Origin: a virus | Taxonomy: Duplodnaviria; Heunggongvirae; Uroviricota; Caudoviricetes | Strand: one strand, 5' to 3' | Virus record (IMG/VR): IMGVR_UViG_3300028042_000001 | Coordinates: 92,944-156,943 of that record | DNA: 64,000 bases | Shown: piece after piece, positions 56,924 through 64,000 of the stretch | How the letters are laid out: every line of letters begins with the position of its first letter | How positions within the stretch are numbered: position 1 is the stretch's first letter | Notes under the pieces: generated by a model | What the model saw: only the letters and a program-made list of their open reading frames with translations | Told to the model about the DNA's origin: nothing | The model's database searches: none | Made by a program: the position numbers and the translations under genes

Positions 56924-57991
56924 AAAATGACTGCTTCCAGCCCAAGAGGATAATCTAAATATACTGAAATCTCTTCTGATTGACTTGGAAATCCAGTAGC
57001 GAGGATGACAGGGGGCAAGCGTAAAGGTAGCCTGAGAGACTGAGTGAAGAGACTCAACAAAATGTGAGAAGCGACAGTCCGATCTACAGTATAACCTTAC
57101 GGGAAGCTGTAGAGACAACCAGAAATGAGTTGTCCGTTGTTTCAATGAAATGGTATCAAATATCCTGTTTGTATAAATAATATAAACAGGAGGATTTATG
57201 TTAGATAATATTTCAAACAATGATTTTAGTTATATCGTAGGATTTTTACAAGGTGATGGTAATTATTACAAACAATCAAGAAATCGGGGAAAAGTAACAA
57301 TAGAGTTATCTATTAGAGATAAAAATATTATAACCAAGATGATTGATAACCTCTCAGAATATAAATGTTATTATTCTGAGAGGAAAAGAAATACTAATTT
57401 TAAAGATTGTTTTGAATCTTGTAAATTAAGTATTTATGAAAAACGGTTCAGGGATGAAATAGAAAAATACATTCCTGAAGGAAACAAATCACATATTATA
57501 GAACCACCTTTAAAAGAAGATTGGTTTTCTTCGTTTGATTATTTAAGAGGAATATATGATGCTGATGGTAGTATTGGTATAACTGGTAATAATAGACCGT
57601 TTATATCATTATGTACTGATTCAAAACCGTTAAAACAGTTTGTAATAAGAATATTAAATGATAATATTGGTATTGTAAAACGCATAAATCGTAACAAAAG
57701 AGACAATATATATAATATTGTTTGTTACGATGAAGATGCTGTTAATTTTGCTGATTTATTATATAATAATTCTGATATGTATTTAGACAGAAAGTTTGTT
57801 AGTTATAAAAAAATACAATCATGGGTTAGAACCACACCAAAACGAAAGGGAACTAAGAAAACATGGTTGCCTATTGAAGATAAAATAATAATGAATAATG
57901 ATTATTCATTAGATGAAAAGGTTATCTTACTCAATCGTAGTAAAAGTTCTATCAAGACTAGAATATGGAGAAACAATAGTAACAAAACATG
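56924..57991 (+). mobile_element. group I intron in rtcB carrying a LAGLIDADG homing endonuclease gene
   Basis: exon 1 ends with U; P1-like pairing CTCTTGGG / CCCAAGAG across the 5' splice site; intron ends with G immediately before exon 2 codon AAT (N of NHFIE); locally GC-richer structured core 56950-57170. Confidence 0.7.
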
Positions 57992-57992
57992 A
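57198..57992 (+). CDS. LAGLIDADG homing endonuclease (double motif), intron-encoded
   Basis: YIVGFLQGDGNYY and YLRGIYDADGSIG motifs; TATAAATA at 57172-57179 with AGGAGG RBS; stop codon overlaps the 3' splice site. Confidence 0.75.
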   Translation: MLDNISNNDFSYIVGFLQGDGNYYKQSRNRGKVTIELSIRDKNIITKMIDNLSEYKCYYSERKRNTNFKDCFESCKLSIYEKRFRDEIEKYIPEGNKSHIIEPPLKEDWFSSFDYLRGIYDADGSIGITGNNRPFISLCTDSKPLKQFVIRILNDNIGIVKRINRNKRDNIYNIVCYDEDAVNFADLLYNNSDMYLDRKFVSYKKIQSWVRTTPKRKGTKKTWLPIEDKIIMNNDYSLDEKVILLNRSKSSIKTRIWRNNSNKT

Positions 57993-58681
57993 ATCATTTT
58001 ATTGAGATTGGTATTGATGATTATGATTGTCCTTGGATTATTATTCACTCTGGATCAAGAGGAGTTGGTCATGGATGTGCTACTCATTATATGAAAACTG
58101 CTCATCCTAATAATAAAGCAGGAGAAGGTCATTATGGATTCATGGTTGATTCTGATAATGGTAAAAATTATATAAAAGATCTTAATTTTTGTTTGGATTT
58201 TGCTTTATTGAATCGTAAAGTTATGTTGCGGTTAGTTGTTGATTCTATTAAACAACTTGGTATTGAATGTAGTGGTGATTGGGAAAATATGATTAACAGG
58301 AATCATAATCATGCAGAGTCTAAAGATGGTATTCATTGGATTCATCGTAAAGGTGCTACTCATGCAGAGAATGGTATGCTTGGAGTAATTCCGGGTAATA
58401 TGCGTGATGGTTCATTTATTGTAAGAGGACTTGGTAATGAAGATGCTTTATGTTCGTCATCTCATGGCGCTGGCCGGGTTCTTGGACGTAGAAAGGCTAA
58501 AGAGAATCTTGACCTTAATGAGTTCAAGGATACTATGGAAGGTATTGTTGCTAATGTGGATTCTGGTACTCTTGATGAATCTCCTATGGCTTATAAAAAT
58601 ATATTTGATGTAATGCGTCTTCAGGATGGTCTTGTTGATGTTATTACTCATATTAAACCTATTATTAATGTAAAAGGATAG
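57992..58681 (+). CDS. rtcB: RtcB RNA ligase, exon 2
   Basis: NHFIEIG, HSGSRGVGH, HNHA, SSSHGAGR blocks characteristic of RtcB C-terminal half. Confidence 0.8.
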   Translation, partial: NHFIEIGIDDYDCPWIIIHSGSRGVGHGCATHYMKTAHPNNKAGEGHYGFMVDSDNGKNYIKDLNFCLDFALLNRKVMLRLVVDSIKQLGIECSGDWENMINRNHNHAESKDGIHWIHRKGATHAENGMLGVIPGNMRDGSFIVRGLGNEDALCSSSHGAGRVLGRRKAKENLDLNEFKDTMEGIVANVDSGTLDESPMAYKNIFDVMRLQDGLVDVITHIKPIINVKG

Positions 58682-58832
58682 TTATGAATAAACATGAAGT
58701 TGTTGATAGAATTTTAAGTGTTGTTGTTATTGTTGTAGGAGGATATTTTCTTGCTAAAGGTACTCAATGGGAGATCGGGTTGGGTGCATCATTACTTACA
58801 TGGGCAGGTCTCCCATATAAAGGAGAAAAATA

Positions 58833-59300
58833 ATGTCAGATCAAACAGTTTATGTGGGAACTTATATTAAACTTATACTTAAACCTATGAATGAACCTAA
58901 AACAGTAAGATCATGTCCTAATCATCATGACGTATCTGAAGTGGATGATTGGAATTATTGTCCTGTATGTGGAGAGCGTATTGTTACTAAAACATATAAT
59001 GATATCATGTATCCAAGTAAAGATGATATATTTAATAATTCAAATGTAGAATCTGATGATATGCAATCTATCGACCTTATAGAATTGAATGGTGACGAGA
59101 TGATTCTTATTTCTAATATAGTTGATGATAAAACACATTCATATATTGATTTTGAAATGGGTGATGGTGAATATAAATTACATAAAAATACTCGTGTAGC
59201 ATTTATGAATATGTTTAATGATCAGATTCAATGTATTAAGGAAAGTGATTTGGTCTATGGAAGCAAAATTATGAGTGGTATTATTGTTTATTGGAAATGA
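58833..59300 (+). CDS. hypothetical zinc-ribbon protein (155 aa)
   Basis: CPNHH..CPVCGERI. Confidence 0.4.
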   Translation: MSDQTVYVGTYIKLILKPMNEPKTVRSCPNHHDVSEVDDWNYCPVCGERIVTKTYNDIMYPSKDDIFNNSNVESDDMQSIDLIELNGDEMILISNIVDDKTHSYIDFEMGDGEYKLHKNTRVAFMNMFNDQIQCIKESDLVYGSKIMSGIIVYWK

Positions 59301-59436
59301 TATTATTATAATCAGGACTTCTGCATATATCTATTATTTGTGAAAGTCCTGATTTAATTGTTCATATTCATGTATTAAAAACCATCAGTAACATTATACA
59401 AAACAGAACTAAAATATTTATTATACGGATATATAT

Positions 59437-59685
59437 ATGAAAAATAAAGATACTAAATTCCTTCTAAGTTGTAATGATGATAAGCACAATCAATTATGTT
59501 GTAATGATGAATATAAAATTGCCAAACGTTTAAAAAAGAAGGGATATATTAAAAAGATTGAATTCGATCTATTTGATAATGTTGCAACCAATCAGGGAGA
59601 TTTCTTTATTTGGTTATCGAAAAAAGGGATTAAAAAAGTAAAAGAATTGTATATAGAACTTGACATTAATAATAAAATACTGTAA
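59437..59685 (+). CDS. hypothetical protein
   Basis: ORF. Confidence 0.35.
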   Translation: MKNKDTKFLLSCNDDKHNQLCCNDEYKIAKRLKKKGYIKKIEFDLFDNVATNQGDFFIWLSKKGIKKVKELYIELDINNKIL

Positions 59686-59737
59686 AGTATGAGGGTGTAT
59701 ATAATATTTTATTATTATTAAAAAAAGGATAATACAA

Positions 59738-60025
59738 ATGGACATTAAAACAGCAAATGATGTATTTATGACGTTACATCCTCAACATAAAGCTATAGTT
59801 ATTGCAATTCTTAAAGATTGTAGAAAAAAATATATTGTTAGTAATATCAATGTAGATGTTCCTTATTTCTTTTGGAGTATTCATCGTCCTATGTTTGATG
59901 GTATAGATCCTTCAGAATTTTTAGATATTGAAGATCCTAAACAATTTGCTATTCAAGCTGTGTATTATATATCAAATCATATTATTAACGCTATCAAAGA
60001 GGAACGAAATAATGAAGCACAATAA
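59738..60025 (+). CDS. hypothetical protein
   Basis: ORF with AAAGGA RBS. Confidence 0.4.
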   Translation: MDIKTANDVFMTLHPQHKAIVIAILKDCRKKYIVSNINVDVPYFFWSIHRPMFDGIDPSEFLDIEDPKQFAIQAVYYISNHIINAIKEERNNEAQ

Positions 60026-60269
60026 TGTTAAAGTATTAAACGATCTTAATCTTAATCAATCATCAATGTATAATGAAATGATTATTGATTTTTTTAATGA
60101 TTATAACCCTGCCGGCCATCTTCGTTTTGGTCAGGCATTATATAATCATTTTTATGGTATAGTGTTTAATGGATCATATCCTGAGTTGTTTTATTGTGAA
60201 GATAATAATAAAGCTGGTGATATGTTCAGTACATGCCTTGTTGATTATGTAAAAGGTAAGGTTCAATGA
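60012..60269 (+). CDS. hypothetical protein (start moved to ATG 60012)
   Basis: GGAACGAAATA ATG context; overlaps upstream stop. Confidence 0.35.
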   Translation: MKHNNVKVLNDLNLNQSSMYNEMIIDFFNDYNPAGHLRFGQALYNHFYGIVFNGSYPELFYCEDNNKAGDMFSTCLVDYVKGKVQ

Positions 60270-60345
60270 AAGATATAGAATGTCCTTATTGTAAAAAAGG
60301 ACAAAGTATAAATCATGATGATGGTACAGTATGGGATAATATATA

Positions 60346-60567
60346 ATGAAAACATATGGTATATCAATAGATGCTGATAGGGTGGTGATAGATGATAAAA
60401 CAATCATGGTTGGATATATAGGATGGTGGAGTTCATTAGGCGTTAAAACATCTACACAATACACAAGAAAATCATATTATAAAGCTATATCAGATGCTAT
60501 ATCAGATGCTAAACAATACGCTACAGAAAATAGTATTGTTTTTATAAATGAAGGAGGAACATTATGA
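60346..60567 (+). CDS. hypothetical protein
   Basis: ORF. Confidence 0.35.
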   Translation: MKTYGISIDADRVVIDDKTIMVGYIGWWSSLGVKTSTQYTRKSYYKAISDAISDAKQYATENSIVFINEGGTL

Positions 60568-60764
60568 TTATATCAGAAACAATAAAGAAAGCAATATTAC
60601 ATGATGTTGAAAATTGGGGTGGTGCTCTTAATTCTGCCAGTTGGAAATATATAGACACTTATAGAGTAGTAATGAATGACAATGAAACATCAGAATTGTT
60701 TAATAATAACAAAATAATATTAAGAGAAGCAATAATTGAATATATTAATAAATTAGAGATTTGA
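60564..60764 (+). CDS. hypothetical protein
   Basis: ORF. Confidence 0.35.
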   Translation: MIISETIKKAILHDVENWGGALNSASWKYIDTYRVVMNDNETSELFNNNKIILREAIIEYINKLEI

Positions 60765-60765
60765 T

Positions 60766-60993
60766 ATGATGAAATTTCCTACATTATATACGATATCAGT
60801 AGTTAAACATAAAAACTCTATATCACAACCATTATCATCATCTTTATGTATAGATAAACTTATATCGTCTGTATGTATTCCGGGCATATCATGGACAATA
60901 ACATCACAATTATCAAACACAACAATAGTAAGAGAGACAAACCCGGATATATTCCCTTATTATATGATACATGAGGTTAATTTTATATTATGA
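60766..60993 (+). CDS. hypothetical protein
   Basis: ORF. Confidence 0.3.
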   Translation: MMKFPTLYTISVVKHKNSISQPLSSSLCIDKLISSVCIPGISWTITSQLSNTTIVRETNPDIFPYYMIHEVNFIL

Positions 60994-61217
60994 CAAAAGA
61001 TAAAATAATAGAAACTATATTTAAATATATTCCTTATTCAAATCAAATTACAAAGTTAAATACAACAACATCATCAAAAGTAAAATTTGAATGGAGAGGA
61101 TCATTATACGTTGTAGATCATAATGTAATGGTAGATGAACTAAAAGAAGGAATGCTTGTAAGGTCAGATAAAGCTATTCTAATATCAGAGATAATACAAC
61201 TAGGAGCACACCAATAA
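60990..61217 (+). CDS. hypothetical protein
   Basis: ORF. Confidence 0.35.
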   Translation: MTKDKIIETIFKYIPYSNQITKLNTTTSSKVKFEWRGSLYVVDHNVMVDELKEGMLVRSDKAILISEIIQLGAHQ

Positions 61218-61218
61218 T

Positions 61219-61656
61219 ATGAGTACTAATAATATATTCACAGGAACAGTTAAAGTAGAGGCATCAATAGCTTTAAAGGCCGCTCTTAAATGTATATGTT
61301 TTATAGAAAGAAAGAGATCTTATATATTTGAACAAAGAGTACAAGAGATATTAGATACTCCTCCAATAAGAAAATGGTATCATGATAATTATAAGATGAA
61401 TTGGAAACATATATCAAAATGGTTTAAATCTTATCAAATTGTAAATAATAGACAAGAAGCAATTAAATGGGCACATTATATGATAAAATGGTATCATCAT
61501 GTTCCATGGGTTACTTACAAATCAAACGAGTACGAATATTCATTATCTCTTATAAATTTACAACACAATGAATATATATACATTACTCCTCAACAAGGTA
61601 TGATAATCAATAGATATAATAACGGAGAATATAATGAAATGGACAACAAAGAATGA
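61219..61656 (+). CDS. hypothetical protein
   Basis: ORF. Confidence 0.4.
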   Translation: MSTNNIFTGTVKVEASIALKAALKCICFIERKRSYIFEQRVQEILDTPPIRKWYHDNYKMNWKHISKWFKSYQIVNNRQEAIKWAHYMIKWYHHVPWVTYKSNEYEYSLSLINLQHNEYIYITPQQGMIINRYNNGEYNEMDNKE

Positions 61657-61900
61657 CCTTTTTGGATGGGATTATGTTAGTGTATCTACTACTTATAGTG
61701 ATAGCATAGAAAGAGTATATCATCAAGATAACCAGTTGATGTCTCTTACTATTGGAACAACTGCTATAATTATACAAAACAGATTACCATTAGCAGGGAT
61801 AACAAATGGTCTGATGAAAATAAAACCACTAACTCCTAATATTATTAAGAGTGATGAGGAAATTCAAAAAGAAAAGGAAGGATTAAAAGAAAAGGAATAA
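61634..61900 (+). CDS. hypothetical protein ending inside a GLKEKE tandem repeat
   Basis: ORF; stop TAA lies inside an 18-nt tandem repeat that continues in frame. Confidence 0.4.
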   Translation: MKWTTKNDLFGWDYVSVSTTYSDSIERVYHQDNQLMSLTIGTTAIIIQNRLPLAGITNGLMKIKPLTPNIIKSDEEIQKEKEGLKEKE

Positions 61901-61950
61901 TTAAAAGAAAAGGAAGGATTAAAAGAAATAGAAGGATTAAAAGAAATAGA
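61857..61950 (+). repeat. 18-nt tandem repeat GAAGGATTAAAAGAAA(A/T)(G/A) x ~5
   Basis: direct reading; copy 2 carries GG>TA, which creates the TAA stop. Confidence 0.7.
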
Positions 61951-62079
61951 AGGAACCAACAAATGAAATTTTATAATATATGGAAGAATAAATGGAGAGC
62001 AACTGAAGTATGTGAAGAACAATATTCAGGGCCATGGGAAAACGGTAGAATTATATTTTCAACAAAACATTAAATCATT

Positions 62080-62508
62080 ATGACTACATTATTACCAAAC
62101 ACTATATTACCAGTATTAATAGGAACACGATGTAAAGAACCTTGCTCATTTGATCCAATGTGTAGATTATGGTTTGAATCTAAAGATAATCATACTACTG
62201 AAGATAGAGCATGGGGAATGATATATATGATGGAGGATATTAATTGTCCTTTATATAAATGTGATTCGTCCTTAAAAACTGATGATGAAATATATGTAAA
62301 ACTATCTCCTTTCTCTAATATTTATTCTCATTATCCCAAAGACCTTGTATTCGTCCTTTGTAACCATGATGAAAGAAGTAATATGTCTAATATCAAATAT
62401 AAGAAATACGAAGCGTGGGCGAGTATATGTGTCCCTTCTGACCATGTTATTTTATTTGAGGAAGAAGTCGAACCATGGATGTTGGAGTATCATAAACTTA
62501 AAGAATAG
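62080..62508 (+). CDS. hypothetical Cys-rich protein (142 aa)
   Basis: ORF. Confidence 0.4.
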   Translation: MTTLLPNTILPVLIGTRCKEPCSFDPMCRLWFESKDNHTTEDRAWGMIYMMEDINCPLYKCDSSLKTDDEIYVKLSPFSNIYSHYPKDLVFVLCNHDERSNMSNIKYKKYEAWASICVPSDHVILFEEEVEPWMLEYHKLKE

Positions 62509-62724
62509 AAATATAACAATTATGTAATAAATATGATATTTGTTACGATATAGTAATATTATTAATATATAGTGACAATAATTAAAAGACAAATATGTAA
62601 TAAATACGATATATACCATTTATTGATATTCATTTATTACAAATATGTTAGAATAGGGCCGAAATAAATACGATATTTTTGATATTTATTTTTCAATCAA
62701 TAACTTAGAGGAGATCCTTAAATT

Positions 62725-62970
62725 ATGATAAGAGAATGGTGTGATTCATGTGATAATGAAATAACTAATAAAACTCGTAAAGAAATCAATAATATACCAT
62801 GTCATATGTTTTCATTAAAAGGTAAATCAGGGTATCAAGACAGTGAAGGAATGCCCTCTTCAAGACGGTGTGATGGAGTAGTTTTATGTTCTAATTGTTG
62901 GAATAGAGGATGGTCAGCATTTCTTAATCAGTTGAATCTCCCTAAACATAATCATATAACATGGAAATAA
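62725..62970 (+). CDS. hypothetical Cys-rich protein
   Basis: ORF with GAGGAGA RBS. Confidence 0.4.
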   Translation: MIREWCDSCDNEITNKTRKEINNIPCHMFSLKGKSGYQDSEGMPSSRRCDGVVLCSNCWNRGWSAFLNQLNLPKHNHITWK

Positions 62971-63037
62971 CATGAAAAATAATGTATTTGAATGTAGAAA
63001 ACATAATATTCATATATCAAAAAATAGGGAATAATAT

Positions 63038-63313
63038 ATGAATAAGAAAATCAATAAGATAGACAAGTTCCATCATCATGAAGTTATTGATAGAGCAAAT
63101 ATGATATGTGATATTATTGATACTACATTAAGCAATCATCCTGCGTTAAGTTATATTATGCAGGAAAATATTGACAAAGCTATTGAATTGTTATATAATG
63201 TATCTAATAGAGCATGTGGAGAATATTGTAATAATTGTGGAAGTTTTGAAATAAACAATATTAATATTCATTTTAGTGTCTGTGAAGTTTGTAAGAATAT
63301 TCAGAGAAGATAA
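63038..63313 (+). CDS. hypothetical zinc-ribbon protein
   Basis: CGEYCNNCG..CEVCKN. Confidence 0.4.
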   Translation: MNKKINKIDKFHHHEVIDRANMICDIIDTTLSNHPALSYIMQENIDKAIELLYNVSNRACGEYCNNCGSFEINNINIHFSVCEVCKNIQRR

Positions 63314-63483
63314 TAATATATGGAAAGATTATATACAAAAGATGATTTATTATTAATACTCAACTACTTACGTGCTATTAATGATATAAATTCTCAACAT
63401 TATCGATCATTAAAAAATTCTAACATTAAAGATCTATCTCGATTTTTATATAATATAGGTATGATAAAAGGAATATTAGTATA

Positions 63484-63849
63484 ATGAATTTACATCAAAA
63501 ACATTTTAATGGATATGATTGGACAGAATTAGCTCGTGCATGGAATGTCTATATCCCTGATGATTTCTTTATGGGTATTGGTTTTTCATATGGGTTTCAT
63601 CCTACTTGTAAAGATTATGATCCTATTAAATGGATGATATATGGTGCTATAGAGGGATATGATGGAATAAAATCATCTAGAGTGATGTATAAGTTAGCTC
63701 AAGATTGTAGAGAATACCTTTCTTTATTGGGTAATGAGGATACATCTAATTCATATTCAGCTCCTGTATGGTTAGGAATGAGTAAAATAAAAGATGATTG
63801 GACACTTTTATGGTTTGTTTATGAAAATATAGGCTCTATGTGGGATTAA
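63484..63849 (+). CDS. hypothetical protein
   Basis: ORF. Confidence 0.4.
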   Translation: MNLHQKHFNGYDWTELARAWNVYIPDDFFMGIGFSYGFHPTCKDYDPIKWMIYGAIEGYDGIKSSRVMYKLAQDCREYLSLLGNEDTSNSYSAPVWLGMSKIKDDWTLLWFVYENIGSMWD

Positions 63850-63951
63850 TACCATTTTATCAATAATAATAAATTCAATGAGTTAGTATAACTTTCTCTA
63901 GGGGTAAGTATAAACAGTTATTTGTATTCAATTTTTGTAAGGAGGGGCTAT

Positions 63952-64000
63952 ATGTATTATTTATTGTTTCATATTTTCATGGCATTATTAGTATTATTTA
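63952..64000 (+). CDS. partial CDS (membrane protein N-terminus), runs off window
   Basis: AAGGAGGGG RBS then ATG; hydrophobic MYYLLFHIFMALLVLF. Confidence 0.35.
   Translation, partial: MYYLLFHIFMALLVLF

Noticed and set aside
1-64000. Stop-codon reassignment / alternative genetic code (considered because of the many tRNAs and tRNAs with TAA/TAG-containing anticodon loops)
   Set aside because: Under the standard code the large conserved genes (DNA polymerase, helicase, primase, RNR, Rnl2, CCA enzyme) are uninterrupted and their motifs contiguous. The TAA/TAG triplets in the two tRNAs are sense-direction anticodons UAA/UAG (Leu), not CUA/UUA/UCA suppressor anticodons.

Overview
This window is very AT-rich (roughly 70% A+T) phage-like DNA, coded almost entirely on the + strand. 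The replication and recombination core resembles phage T4. It comprises a family B DNA polymerase (gp43-like), UvsX recombinase, gp41 helicase, gp61 primase (Zn ribbon plus Toprim), RNase H, endonuclease VII, dNMP kinase, ThyX and a class II (NPCGE) ribonucleotide reductase. The first ~16 kb holds an array of about 28 tRNA or tRNA-like genes, several of them atypical, including one with a ~110-nt intervening sequence. At least six free-standing HNH-type endonuclease genes are scattered through the window. A strikingly complete tRNA-repair and translation-rescue set is present: RNA ligase 2, RNA ligase 1, a CCA-adding enzyme, an ArfB-like GGQ-motif peptidyl-tRNA hydrolase, and RtcB. The RtcB gene is split by a ~1.07-kb group I intron that carries a LAGLIDADG homing endonuclease behind a T4-type late promoter (TATAAATA). 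Between the helicase and primase genes, where T4 has its variable 61.x slot, sits a candidate anti-defence island: a calcineurin-like metallophosphoesterase, a NADAR domain protein and a DHH/DHHA1 phosphoesterase. Other notable items are a secreted tandem-repeat protein with a PEP-CTERM-like anchor, a flotillin-like SPFH protein flanked by FmdB-type zinc-ribbon genes, a triplicated promoter-plus-leader element, and several consensus sigma70-like promoters embedded in hairpins. No CRISPR array, rRNA or integrase was seen. Function calls rest on motif recognition and recalled family signatures, not on database searches.
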